The position numbers were made by a program, and so were the translations under genes. The notes below the pieces were generated by a model. That model was not told where the DNA came from. It was given only the letters and a program-made list of their open reading frames with translations, and searched no databases. Below are positions 1 through 12,692 of a DNA stretch of 64,000 nt, piece after piece. Numbering within the stretch: the stretch's first letter is position 1; every line of letters begins with the position of its first letter. This stretch comes from an uncultured delta proteobacterium (GTDB lineage: Bacteria; Desulfobacterota; Desulfomonilia; Desulfomonilales; Desulfomonilaceae): positions 1,056,001 through 1,120,000 of the forward strand of contig CAWBKB010000001.1 of NCBI GenBank assembly GCA_963789265.1, read 5' to 3'.

Positions 1-570
1 GTAAGGATGCGCGAGGACTGAGAGCCCTCCAGCCGCTTTAATCACCTGCAAAGCATCACCGGGTGGAATTTTCGTTTTCTCCACGTATGCAGGCGCACCT
101 TTTTTCAGGTACAAGTCAAACGCTTCCTGAGCTTCACTCACAATACCCTTGCGGACCATGATAGTGGCCAGGTGTGGCCTACCTGGAACTCCGCCTACAG
201 CCTCTCGAGCCATCTCATCAGTCGTAATGTGAACGCCGCAATCCTTCAGCTTTGACAGGATCTTGGGCACACGGGCTTGCCGTCCCTCTCTCAAGTATTT
301 CAATACGCTCAAAAGCTCCGGGTTGTCGGGATCGACAAATAAACCCAGGATGTGAAGTATGCCCGCATCCCATTGGGCGCTGATCTCCACCCCTGTGATA
401 ACTTCCACCCCGATCCTGGAACCTTCAGCCTGAGCTTCGGCAATGCCGGCTAACGTGTCGTGGTCTGTGATCGCGATAGCCTTGAGGCTTCTTTGCGCGG
501 CCAGCCTCACAACTTCAGCGGGAGAGAAACTCCCGTCAGACATGTTCGTATGCACGTGTAAGTCGATCAT
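1..570 (-). CDS. PHP domain phosphoesterase (partial, runs off window start)
   Basis: Manual translation from ATG at 570: MIDLHVHTNMSDGSFSPAEVV...IAITDHDT...GVEIS...HILG...GRPH...VLAHP, the PHP metal-binding motifs. Confidence 0.9.
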   Translation of the reverse strand, partial: MIDLHVHTNMSDGSFSPAEVVRLAAQRSLKAIAITDHDTLAGIAEAQAEGSRIGVEVITGVEISAQWDAGILHILGLFVDPDNPELLSVLKYLREGRQARVPKILSKLKDCGVHITTDEMAREAVGGVPGRPHLATIMVRKGIVSEAQEAFDLYLKKGAPAYVEKTKIPPGDALQVIKAAGGLSVLAHPY

Positions 571-755
571 ATAACCTGCCTGCACGCCTCCATGCGACTT
601 CTGCAGCGAGCGATAAGGTGTGAGTAAGCTCGAGAATCCTTAAATACTGGGTCAAGTATTGAATCAAAATATGAGAGGAGAGATAATTCGTCAAGGCAAT
701 GGGAATGGGGGCAGGCTTCTATAACGATTCTCGAAAGTAATCACGGATTGACTTG

Positions 756-827
<72 letters not shown>

Positions 828-903
828 AAGACACGATCTTCACATGTTGGATTCCAACTGCAAACCGCGAGGACTTTTGAGAACAGCTCTAGCATGTAGA
901 GCG

Positions 904-948
904 CGTAGGATGCGGTCATTCCCGCGGAACGTGCGGGAACCGCATCAT
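904..948. repeat. GTAG-headed REP-like hairpin
   Basis: GTAGGATGCGGTCATTCCCGCGGAACGTGCGGGAACCGCATC: imperfect hairpin starting with GTAG. Confidence 0.55.
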
Positions 949-1100
949 TCGAGCCTCACCACGCCTTTGGCGTGGTTCATTCCGCAAGATGCGAAATTCA
1001 CCGGATCCTACACGAGCTGAACCAAGTTAGGAATTTCCCACTTTCCGACTTGACCATTTCGGCCTCATGGTCTACACAATTTAAAGAAAGGAAGCTTGCC

Positions 1101-1367
1101 ATGATCAAAACCGTGGATTCAAAAGGTAGAGTCAGCCTCGGCCAACGATTCGCAAACAAGCCTGTAATCATTGAAGATCTCAGTGACACCGAAATAAAGA
1201 TCTCTCTTGCCAGGGTGATTCCGGAGCGTGAGATGTGGCTGTGGCAAAACCCCGAGGCCAGAGACACGGTCTTGTCTGCTCTCGAACGACTCAAGCGCGG
1301 AGAGTTTGCTGAAGATCCCCCAGATCTAGAAGCTGATGAAGAACTTGTTTCTCAGCTTGAGGACTGA
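1101..1367 (+). CDS. Putative antitoxin with AbrB/MazE-like N-terminus
   Basis: MIKTVDSKGRVSLG resembles the AbrB-type xDxKGRx motif; acidic tail; RBS-like AAGGAAG; 2 nt upstream of a RelE-like gene. Confidence 0.6.
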   Translation: MIKTVDSKGRVSLGQRFANKPVIIEDLSDTEIKISLARVIPEREMWLWQNPEARDTVLSALERLKRGEFAEDPPDLEADEELVSQLED

Positions 1368-1369
1368 GC

Positions 1370-1723
1370 ATGAAGTTCACTCTCGCCTGGGATCGAAAGG
1401 CCAAAGAGGCCTATAATGCGCTTAAGCTCAAGGCTGAAGCCTCGCTCAAGTCCAGAGAGACGTCCTCCAAACACAGGAAAGCTACTAGGGATGAGGGCCT
1501 ATTCAAGCAGGTTCGCAAATGCATACGAGTGTTGCAGCAGAACCCCAGACATCCAGGCTTGCAGACCCACGAGTTCGAGTTCATGGCCAACCCTTTTGAT
1601 AAACATCAAAAAGTTTTCGTAGCCTATGCCCAGCAGCACACCCCCGGCGTGTATCGTGTTTTCTGGTGCTACGGTCCGCGAAAGGGAGAAATAACCATAA
1701 TCGCAATCACTCCGCATCCTTGA
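1370..1723 (+). CDS. Putative RelE/ParE-superfamily toxin
   Basis: 117-aa basic protein with L..NPRHPGL.TH, YRVFW.Y and ITIIAITPHP C-terminal pattern typical of RelE-like folds. Confidence 0.6.
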   Translation: MKFTLAWDRKAKEAYNALKLKAEASLKSRETSSKHRKATRDEGLFKQVRKCIRVLQQNPRHPGLQTHEFEFMANPFDKHQKVFVAYAQQHTPGVYRVFWCYGPRKGEITIIAITPHP

Positions 1724-1941
1724 GGCCGGAACCCGCATCCGATGGGGCCAAGTCCTGTTTCTTGACTTCCTCTTTTCGCTCTTTACGGTTTTCCCCCTGT
1801 CGGGCAACGGAGCCCAACCTGTTCCGCCATCTCCCTTGCCGTAAAAATCCGAACCTGGCTCCAGGTCTTATGTAAAAAGGAGTGGGCTTGTCAAGCCCTG
1901 CTAAGGTTTAGGGTCGGAGGGATCGAAGAATGATGCGAGGT

Positions 1942-2886
1942 TCACGCTGAAAGAGATCGCTGAGTTACCTGAGAGAGGCGCTCCCTGCAGATTGCCACGT
2001 AAGCGGGATCTATTTCATACCCGACGAAGTGGCGCCCGGCCTGGAGCGAAGCAATCGCGGTAGATCCGCTCCCCATAAAGGGATCGAGAACGGTTTCGCC
2101 TTCGAAAGTATATAGATGAATGAGCCGCTCAACAAGAGCCACAGGAAAAGGAGCCGGATGGCCGACCCTTCTGGCCGACTCGGGAGGGATATTCCAGACA
2201 CTGGTGGTCGCGGCCATGAATTCATCCCGAGTGATCGTGGATCGACCCTTCGACGGCCGGTCAAAGCGCTGCTTGGAAAAGATGAGCACGTATTCGTGAA
2301 GATCCCTCAGAGTCGGATTCCCCGCAGACATCCAGGAGCCCCAGGCGCAGGAGCCGCCGGCCCCTTTGCCCTTCACCCATATTATCTCGCCTCTCATGAG
2401 AAGGCCAAGATCCGATGCCATATTGGAAATATGGGCATTGAGAGGAATGTATGGCTTTCTCCCCAGATTCGCGACATTAAATGCGATGCGACCGCCGGGG
2501 ACAAGCACTCTGTGGGTTTCGGACAGGACACGCTCTAAAAAAGCCAGATACTCCTCGAGAGTGAGATCCAGATCGTAGTCTTTCCCCACATTGTACGGCG
2601 GCGAGGTAACCATAAGAGCCACCGAATTGTCGGGGAGTTCCGTCATTTGCTCGGATGAATGGGGGAATATACGATCAACATAGTGAGGAGAAATTTCGTT
2701 GATCTGTTGGCAACCGGTTTCGCAAGCGCCGGCCGCACAGAGCTTTCTCCCGTAGAATGCGGATGAGTCGTGCCCTTCTCGCTTTCCGGTGCCGAACGAT
2801 CTTGTGGAGGTGCCTTTTCTCAAATCCATCCCATGCGCCGCGGCCGGTATTAGGGGTCGGCCGGGAACAGGGAGATGGGTTAGCAT
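1942..2886 (-). CDS. Site-specific DNA methyltransferase (N4/N6, beta class)
   Basis: VTSPPYN catalytic motif precedes the DPFMGSGST SAM-binding motif; HPAPFP motif. Confidence 0.92.
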   Translation of the reverse strand: MLTHLPVPGRPLIPAAAHGMDLRKGTSTRSFGTGKREGHDSSAFYGRKLCAAGACETGCQQINEISPHYVDRIFPHSSEQMTELPDNSVALMVTSPPYNVGKDYDLDLTLEEYLAFLERVLSETHRVLVPGGRIAFNVANLGRKPYIPLNAHISNMASDLGLLMRGEIIWVKGKGAGGSCAWGSWMSAGNPTLRDLHEYVLIFSKQRFDRPSKGRSTITRDEFMAATTSVWNIPPESARRVGHPAPFPVALVERLIHLYTFEGETVLDPFMGSGSTAIASLQAGRHFVGYEIDPAYVAICRERLSQVTQRSLSA

Positions 2887-2969
2887 TTCTCAACTATAAT
2901 GTCAATAAAATACCATTAAATTAATAAGTAATAGAAAAATATTAATGTAATACATTAATGAAATAGTTG

Positions 2970-3255
2970 ACCGCTGAGAACGCAGAGCACGCGGAGAATT
3001 TTATGCTCGTTTCTCAGGCCCGCCTGAAAATGCGCGGACTTGGAGACCCAGCCTCCATCATGATGTGGAAACAAGGGCAACGTGCGGGCAGAGCCCGCGA
3101 GATATGGATTCCCAGGCGGAGCTTGGGAACCAGAACGCGACGGAGCAGTCCCATCTTCGGTGGGATGGGCATCTTGCCCGTCACTAAACGACAGGCAGGA
3201 TGCCTGTCCCACCAGGGATACATTTTCTCTGCGTTCTCTCCGCTCTCCGCGGTGC
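2970..3255. repeat. Nested composite repeat: family B termini enclosing family C and D palindromes
   Basis: ACCGCTGAGAACGCAGAG...CTCTGCGTTCTCTCCGCTCTCCGCGGT termini; inside, TTCCCAGGCGGAGCTTGGGAA (~3109) and GGTGGGATGGGCATCTTGCCCGTC..GACAGGCAGGATGCCTGTCCCACC (3159-3213). Confidence 0.8.
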
Positions 3256-3521
3256 ATCCGGATTGCTTGCTTTACTGGTTATGCAAGATGCGGCCGCACA
3301 CTTCTTGCCAGGAACTCAAGTAACGTGGTAATATCTGCTGCTCTTTCGGTCGTGGCGCGTCTGTGGCTTGTGGCCGCCCCGGGAATCGTATGCGGTCCCG
3401 GTTTGGCAGGCTGGTCACAAATCTCAACAAAGATCCAACAACTGGCGACGTTCAAAGTTTCAGCGCCGATAGCTCTGCAACCGGAGGAAGCGATGCTTAT
3501 CTTTATCGTAGGTTCGAATAG

Positions 3522-6198
<2,677 letters not shown>

Positions 6199-6298
6199 CT
6201 GAAGCTGGGGCAAACCTTGCCGGGGAGCATCGGTCCGAGCGGTGAGGCGAGGGATATAGCGGCTAGCCTATGAAGGGGCACGGACGGCGAGGCTAAAG

Positions 6299-6472
6299 AT
6301 GACGAACATCAACGAGAGCAACGAGGTTTACGGCAGGATCGCGCGTGTGATCAACGAATTGAAAATGGCGAGGCAGTCGGTAACCATTTTCAAGGTGGTT
6401 GAATTGACGGGTATCGATCAGTTCGTAGTGTTCCGGTATTTCTACGAAAAGGGATTGCTTAGGGGAAAATGA
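6299..6472 (+). CDS. Small putative HTH protein (57 aa, below ORF-track cutoff)
   Basis: MTNINESNEVYGRIARVINELKMARQSVTIFKVVELTGIDQFVVFRYFYEKGLLRGK; GAGG RBS; HTH-like spacing T-I-x-x-V-x-x-x-x-G-I...V-F-R-Y-F. Confidence 0.55.
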   Translation: MTNINESNEVYGRIARVINELKMARQSVTIFKVVELTGIDQFVVFRYFYEKGLLRGK

Positions 6473-6520
6473 GGAACTATAGGCCCGAATCGTCTTACCA
6501 AGTCAACCAACTGGTGCCGC

Positions 6521-6694
6521 TCACCAGAACCAGAACCCCCAAGGCGGGTCGTGAGGCCCGACCATGCTTGCAGGGTACGTGTAGTTTTCCGGCCAGACGG
6601 AATACCACTGGTTGTACCAACCGGGATAGGCCATCCACCCTATAAATGTGAGCACGAGCAGACCGTATGCCAGGGATCGACGTAGACCGAACAT
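6521..6694 (-). CDS. Small Trp/Tyr/Pro-rich membrane or secreted peptide
   Basis: MFGLRRSLAYGLLVLTFIGWMAYPGWYNQWYSVWPENY...PPWGFWFW; AGAGGA RBS upstream. Confidence 0.5.
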   Translation of the reverse strand: MFGLRRSLAYGLLVLTFIGWMAYPGWYNQWYSVWPENYTYPASMVGPHDPPWGFWFW

Positions 6695-6835
6695 GTGGAA
6701 ATCCTCTTTAACTTGATTTAAATACCTCACATTAATTCATTGCATTTTACGGTACTTGTTTACACAAGTCAATGCTGAAGTTTATATATGGATAATCTAT
6801 TACTTGAGCGATAACCGTTCAGCGGGCAATCAGGA

Positions 6836-7012
6836 TTCACCGCAGAGTGCGCCGAGAACGCAGAGAGAAAAAATGGCTTCCGCAAGCCCACATAAGTAGC
6901 GGGGCTACTCAGTCAGGCCGGTAGCACCTTCAGTGCCAGAGACCGGAATGCCTTGCGCCTCACCTGGGAGAATGGCACAGAAAACAGAACTCTTCGCGAT
7001 CTCCGCGGTGAA
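6836..7012. mobile_element. ~180-bp MITE-like element, family B
   Basis: Termini TTCACCGCAGAG...CTCCGCGGTGAA; interior similar to the copy at 40802-40986 (AGACCGGAAT...GAAAACAGAA). Confidence 0.7.
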
Positions 7013-7115
7013 CGATTACATTGAGTGTGGACATCCTGCCCCCCTTTCACCGCCATAGTGAACACCATCAAAAACTGCGCTTATTACAGGTTTTCGTAAA
7101 TACGATGGCGTATTG

Positions 7116-7186
7116 GGGTGCCACTGCTGGCTTGTCCAGCAGTGCCTGCTCGAAAAACACTGCTGGACAAGCCAGCAGTGGCACCC
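7116..7186. repeat. REP-doublet family A, copy 2
   Basis: GGGTGCCACTGCTGGCTTGTCCAGCAGTG...CACTGCTGGACAAGCCAGCAGTGGCACCC. Confidence 0.9.
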
Positions 7187-7201
7187 GGCGGCGAAACATT
7201 C

Positions 7202-7328
7202 TCATTGCGAGCGAAGCGAAGCAATCTCTTCCTCTAAGGACTTAGATTGCCAGTGGGACGGGCATCCTGCCCGTCGTCCATAATAGACAGGCAGGATGCC
7301 TGTCCCACTATTTGTTCCTCGCAATGAC
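7202..7328. repeat. Family E element (TCATTGCGAG...CTCGCAATGAC) with a family D palindrome inserted
   Basis: TCATTGCGAGCGAAGCGAAGCAATCT..AGATTGC, then AGTGGGACGGGCATCCTGCCCGTC..GACAGGCAGGATGCCTGTCCCACT (7252-7309), then CTCGCAATGAC. Confidence 0.8.
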
Positions 7329-7557
7329 AATCTTTTGCCGCTCGTAACCGGGGGATCACTTGACGCGGCTCGAAATGTCTTGAATTCGATGCCGCTTCTG
7401 ACCTAATTATTTATACGAATTGGGGGGCGGACAATCGCGCTGTAAATTCCGGTTAGTTGTTTTGTCCCGCAACGGATGCAGTCTGTTCGGCATTTCCGTG
7501 TCAGCCAGCTCTGTCCAACTTTGGATCACCTCCAGGATAGCGGGTTCGAAGGAAATC

Positions 7558-8631
7558 ATGAAACGAAACAATTCAGACGATAATGGTGGAGGCACTGAGA
7601 ATTCTGCGAAGCGTCTTGAAATAGATGACTTGGCCACTCAGACCATTGATCTCGCTGACCTGCTCACAAAACATGTGACCTCTTCGGGCAGCTTCGATAT
7701 TCGAGGCGGAATCTGGGCCACGACCTTTGGCAAACTGCTCCAGGCTTTGCCGATTCCCGCTGTACTTGTCGACCGAGCCTTTGAAGTGGCGGCTGCGAAT
7801 GAGGCGTGGAAAAAGCTCGGTCCGGGATATACGGAAGCGCTGTGCGGTCGTTTTTCAGAACTTTTTGGGACTCCGTCCGCTGCAAGAAAAATCCAGTCCG
7901 CAATAGAAGAGGTCTTCCGTACTAGAAGAGCCAAGTTTGTCGAAGCACAGATCAGGGTGAGAGAAACCCCGGCAATATGGGCGCGAATCACTTTCCGCGC
8001 AATTAGGATAGTGCAAGAGAGGTTCTTGCTCGCTTTGGTCGAAGACTTGACCGCGGAAATGAAACAACTTGCGCTAAGCAAGAAACATCGGGAACAACTT
8101 GAAGCCACTCAACAGCAGCTCGAACAAAAGGTGGCTGAACGAACCGCGCAACTGACCCTAACAAATGAAAGCCTGCGGAAGGAAATTGAAGAGCGACTGA
8201 AAGCTGAAGAGGCGCTGAAAACCGTGGTGGCCAAGATCGAGGAGCAACTCAGGGAAGTGCGTGAAGACCTGGTGCTCAAGATGCGGATCTCCCTGAAGCC
8301 TTTGATCGATCAACTTAAAGCCCAGGAATCTTCTGCCAACTGTCAGCTTCTTATTGAGGCCATGGACTATCACCTCGAGAATACCTTTTCATCCCTCGGG
8401 ACCCGGATGTCCTCAAAGCTTGCGACGTTGTCGCCACGTGAAATTCAGGTATGTAACCTCATCGCGTCGGGACTTTCCTCTAAGCAAATAGCAGATGTTG
8501 TCGGGGTAACAGCGGAAGCGATCAGCCACCAGAGGCTCAATATCAGGAAAAAACTCGGCCTTGACTTGTCTAGTGCGAGCATGGCCACGTGGCTTCGTCA
8601 ATTCTACGGTTTTCAGGTCGATGAACCTTGA
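7558..8631 (+). CDS. PAS domain + LuxR-type HTH transcriptional regulator
   Basis: PAS-like N-terminal region, coiled coil (LEQKVAERTAQL), C-terminal LSPREIQVC..IASGLSSKQIA...HQRLNIRKKLG; likely start MKRNNS. Confidence 0.88.
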   Translation: MKRNNSDDNGGGTENSAKRLEIDDLATQTIDLADLLTKHVTSSGSFDIRGGIWATTFGKLLQALPIPAVLVDRAFEVAAANEAWKKLGPGYTEALCGRFSELFGTPSAARKIQSAIEEVFRTRRAKFVEAQIRVRETPAIWARITFRAIRIVQERFLLALVEDLTAEMKQLALSKKHREQLEATQQQLEQKVAERTAQLTLTNESLRKEIEERLKAEEALKTVVAKIEEQLREVREDLVLKMRISLKPLIDQLKAQESSANCQLLIEAMDYHLENTFSSLGTRMSSKLATLSPREIQVCNLIASGLSSKQIADVVGVTAEAISHQRLNIRKKLGLDLSSASMATWLRQFYGFQVDEP

Positions 8632-9175
8632 GGTCGGACCTGGACTCACCGCGTATTACCTGACTGACCCCAATCCCTACAGATATTTTTAAGGAGCGGA
8701 ACCGTTCAGCTTGCGATCGGTCCAGCAATCCGCGCGGAATTGCCGGAAGGGGCGTCGAGAACGCAGAAAAATGGACGCATAATTTTGGACGCCAATCCAG
8801 GGTCGGTAGCGCCGATCTCGCGGGACTCAGGACCGCCCCGGGCATAAGGCATTCGCGCGTACAAACCGGCAATTGGCCGAATGACGATTGGTTTTCTCCA
8901 CGTGCCCGGCGTTCTCCGTTGTGAAATATTAACAGAGAGCCGATGTTACTTATGGCTCGCGGCTCTTTATAAGTGGCTAGCCTTCGGAGCAGCACATTTT
9001 ACCGATTGGGTATATTTGATACCTAATTACCTACTGTTTTTTTCGTATTGACCGAGTCTTCGCAAGCGCCCAGAATCACAATTAAATATTGGTGGATGTC
9101 CCTGAAGTGCTCTTCAGGAGAATTCTTGGCTCTGGTCGGTCCGCATTGATGATTTGACGGATGTGAAACAGGGGA

Positions 9176-11260
9176 ATGGACATGGATCCAAAGGACCCAC
9201 GCGGCCCCCATTTTTACCGGAAGCGGAATCCCGCGGCCCATCTTTCCGCTGATGAGGCGGGACCTACGGAAACTATTGACCTGAATGCGCTGTTTTCTTT
9301 TGAGGCAAGCGAATCCGGCTCCTTCGATCTCTCAAAGGTGAGCCATTCGACCTTTGCGAAACTACTTCAGGCGTTGTCAGTGCCTACACTGCTGATAGCA
9401 CGCTCTCATGCCATAAAATTTGCAAATTCGGCTTTTGTGAAGACCACTCGTGACAGTTTCGATTTGACAGGCGCAACATTCTCGGCGCTCTTTCCGAATC
9501 CGAGAGAGGCGCGCCAGGCTCAGCTACTTCTGGAGAAAGTGTTCACAGAAAGAAAGGCTGAGGTCCGGGAAAAAGTCCTGAAGATTCGGAAGATCAAACT
9601 GTGGGCCAGGATTCACCTACGGACTATACGGTTGGGCGCCGAACAGCTCGCGTTGGTCCAGATCGAGAACCTGACGGCTCAAAAACAACTTCTGAGCGTG
9701 CAAAAGTACAAGAAATTGGTGAAAATATTTCCCATTGGTATTGCAGAATTTGCTTTGCCGCGTCAACTCGACCTTTCCCTGTCCCCCGATAAACTACTTT
9801 CCAACGTTCTCGATGCCGGGGTTGTCGACGGCAACGAAAAGTTCGCAAACATCTATCAGCGCCGGAGCATTTCAGACTTGGCAGGCACAAGATTGGGGAC
9901 ACTCCTGCCGTGCAAGGGGCGAGGGGAAATCCTCTACAAACAGTGGGCACATGCGGGTTTTCCGATTCGCTCCTTCGAGACCCGGGAGGCGGACGCTTCA
10001 GGAAAGGCCCATTTCTTTGAAAACACCCTTATCGGCAATGTAAGCGATCAGCGCTTGCTGGGATTCTGGTGGCTCAAGCTCGACGTGACCGAAAAGAAAA
10101 AGGCCGAAGAAGAATTCGCAAAATCTCAAAGGATTGAATCCCTTGGAATACTTGCCGGAGGCATAGCGCACGATTTCAACAACCTACTCACTGCGATGTT
10201 GGGGAACATTTCCCTGGCTCAGACTTACCTAACCCCGGACCAGAAAGCCTACGATTGGCTCGAAGCGGCGGCCGCAGCCTCTAAACGAGCGCAAGCGCTG
10301 ACCCACCAACTCCTGACTTTCTCCAAAGGGGGAGCACCGATTAAAAAGACTGCCTCTGTCGCAGAGTTGCTTAAGGATACGGTGGAGTTTGCCCTGCGAG
10401 GGTCAAATGTCCACCATGAGCTTTCCATTGCTGATAGCTTGTTCCCTGTGGAAATGGACCAGGGACAGATCAGCCAAGTGGTCTACAACCTAGTTATCAA
10501 CGCTCTTCAGGCAATGCCCGACGGAGGCACAATCATGGTTCAGGCCGAAAACTGTGTTGTTCGTCCGGAATACTTGCTTCCCCTGAGTCCTGGCAATTAC
10601 GTGAGAATCCGGATTCAGGATGCAGGGGTGGGTATACCGCCGGGTATCTTGCAGAAGATTTTCGATCCGTATTTCAGTACCAAGGAAGGCGGAAGCGGCC
10701 TCGGACTTTCAACGGCGTACTCAATAATCAAGAAACACGACGGGCTGATCACCGTAAATTCTGAGGTGGGGCTGGGAAGCACGTTCTACATCTATCTGCC
10801 GGCTTCGCAGAGATTTTCCGCCGCAATGGACTCTCAAGCTACTGAAGAAGAAACTCCCTGCTATAAAGGCAAGATCCTTGTCATGGACGATGAAGAATGT
10901 ATACGAGACTTGATGAGGGATTTGCTCGCACACATCGGGTATGCAGTTTGTTTGGTAAAGGACGGGTACGAGGCGGTGGCTGAATATCAGCGGGCAAAGG
11001 ATGCCGGAAAGCCCTTTGACGCAGTAATCATGGATCTAACCGTACCAGGTGGGATGGGCGGCCGGGAGGCGATCCAGCGCCTGCTGAAGATTGATCCGGA
11101 TGTTCTGGCCATTGTATCCAGCGGTTATTCCGACGATCCGGTATTGGCGGATTTCAAAAGCTATGGCTTTGCAGGTGTGCTATCCAAGCCATATACATCG
11201 GACGCTGTGATGGACCTGCTGGAATCGGTCATGAAAAGATCCTCGGATCCGACCCTCTAG
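9176..11260 (+). CDS. PAS-containing hybrid sensor histidine kinase / response regulator
   Basis: H-box AGGIAHDFNNLL, N-box NLVINA, DAGVGI, GSGLGLS; receiver with MDDE, IMDLT, SKPY. Confidence 0.95.
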   Translation: MDMDPKDPRGPHFYRKRNPAAHLSADEAGPTETIDLNALFSFEASESGSFDLSKVSHSTFAKLLQALSVPTLLIARSHAIKFANSAFVKTTRDSFDLTGATFSALFPNPREARQAQLLLEKVFTERKAEVREKVLKIRKIKLWARIHLRTIRLGAEQLALVQIENLTAQKQLLSVQKYKKLVKIFPIGIAEFALPRQLDLSLSPDKLLSNVLDAGVVDGNEKFANIYQRRSISDLAGTRLGTLLPCKGRGEILYKQWAHAGFPIRSFETREADASGKAHFFENTLIGNVSDQRLLGFWWLKLDVTEKKKAEEEFAKSQRIESLGILAGGIAHDFNNLLTAMLGNISLAQTYLTPDQKAYDWLEAAAAASKRAQALTHQLLTFSKGGAPIKKTASVAELLKDTVEFALRGSNVHHELSIADSLFPVEMDQGQISQVVYNLVINALQAMPDGGTIMVQAENCVVRPEYLLPLSPGNYVRIRIQDAGVGIPPGILQKIFDPYFSTKEGGSGLGLSTAYSIIKKHDGLITVNSEVGLGSTFYIYLPASQRFSAAMDSQATEEETPCYKGKILVMDDEECIRDLMRDLLAHIGYAVCLVKDGYEAVAEYQRAKDAGKPFDAVIMDLTVPGGMGGREAIQRLLKIDPDVLAIVSSGYSDDPVLADFKSYGFAGVLSKPYTSDAVMDLLESVMKRSSDPTL

Positions 11261-11372
11261 TATTGCCGTCGGAAGGATATGGCCCAGCAGCCTTGCCAGG
11301 CAAAGATCGGGCCACACTTCGTGGCCTGGATCTAATCTTCTGCGGAAACTCTATTCAGGCAGCGCATGCCTC

Positions 11373-12690
11373 TTGAAGTCTGTACGAAGCTCGGAGGATG
11401 GCTTGCCCCCAGCCGACAGGAATGCTCTCGCAAAGAAGCGTCGGATTAGTGCCATTAGCCTGGTTAAAGACGTCCGAGCGGGGTACTCTGATGAGCAGCT
11501 TCGAGTGAAATACCGGGTTACACGCGACGGTCTGCAATACTTGCTGACGAGATTGGTCGATTCCGGTTTGATCACGCACTTGGAACTATACAGTCGGCAG
11601 TCTCTCTCTGAGAGTGATCTCATGAGAGCTTTCTCGGAGGATGCCGCCCCCGTGTTAAAGTGCATACGTTGCGGCAATGTCCTGCCGGAGGGCGTTGGTT
11701 CATGCCCGCACTGTGACACTTTAGCAGTAGAATTGCAGGAATCGCTCGTCATCGAGCCCGAGGTATCGCTTGGACCAAGCAATCCCCTGCCTGATTTGAC
11801 TCGCACTCCGGGAGATCAATTCATACCAACCGACCCCTTCGGGTCCCCCGGAAACGCCCTGGAGATACTGGAGGTCAAGCCGAACATCCGAGACGTGGCT
11901 CAACAGGGCGACGGTTTAAAGGGGCAGGCTTTGCTGAAAGCGGCAAGTCGAGGGATCTATGAACAGGTTGAGGCCCTAATGAATTCCGGGGTGAATGCAG
12001 ATTCACGCAGCAAGTACGGAAATACTCCGTTAATACGGGCCGCGTTCAAAGGCCATCCCGAGGTGGCGAAGCTGCTCCTGGACAGGGGCGCGGATGTGAA
12101 TGCAGAGAATGTCCAAGGGAATACCGCCCTAATTTTCGCCGTCAGTGCCGGTCATGCGGAAGTGGTGGAGCTTCTCCTGAATCATGGGGCAAATGCCGGT
12201 ACGAAGGCTCCGGACGGCAACACCGCGCTGAACGATTGCATGTCGGGGGGAAAATGCTTTCATTGTCGAATCGCTTATAGACCATGGCGCAGATGTCAAT
12301 GAGGCGAACAACAACGGCGATACTCCGTTAATGATTGCTTCCGACAAAGGCCAAACGAAGATCGTAGAGATTGTCATTAAGGCTGGAGCTCAAATAGACG
12401 CCGGCAACAAGCATTGGAACACCGCGCTCATGAAGGCTGCATTCAGAGGCCATGAGTCCGTAGTAAGGCTGTTGCTGGCAAGTGGCGCCCGCGTAGACTC
12501 CAGAAACACGTACGGCAATACAGCTCTTATGAAAGCCTGTCATCCGGGTCACCTTCAGATTGCCAGGCTGCTTCTGGAAGCTGGGGCCGACGTCAATGCG
12601 AAAGACCTCGACGGCGTAACGCCCATGATGAGGGCTGTTAGAACGCAAAGAAATGACCTCATGCATCTTCTAGCCCAATATGGGGGGTAA
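11373..12690 (+). CDS. Unnamed helical repeat domain + Zn ribbon + ankyrin repeats (apparent +1 frameshift at ~12231)
   Basis: KKRRISAISLVKDVRAGYSDEQLRVKYRVTRDGLQYLLTRLVDSG; CIRC/CPHC; many GNT(P/A)L ankyrin units; removing one A joins 11373-12302 to 12331-12690. Confidence 0.85.
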
Positions 12691-12692
12691 GA

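Noticed and set aside
6206..6270. GGGCAAACC start resembling a c-di-GMP-I (GEMM) riboswitch
   Set aside because: Lacks the GNRA-looped stem and the GACGCAAAGC core
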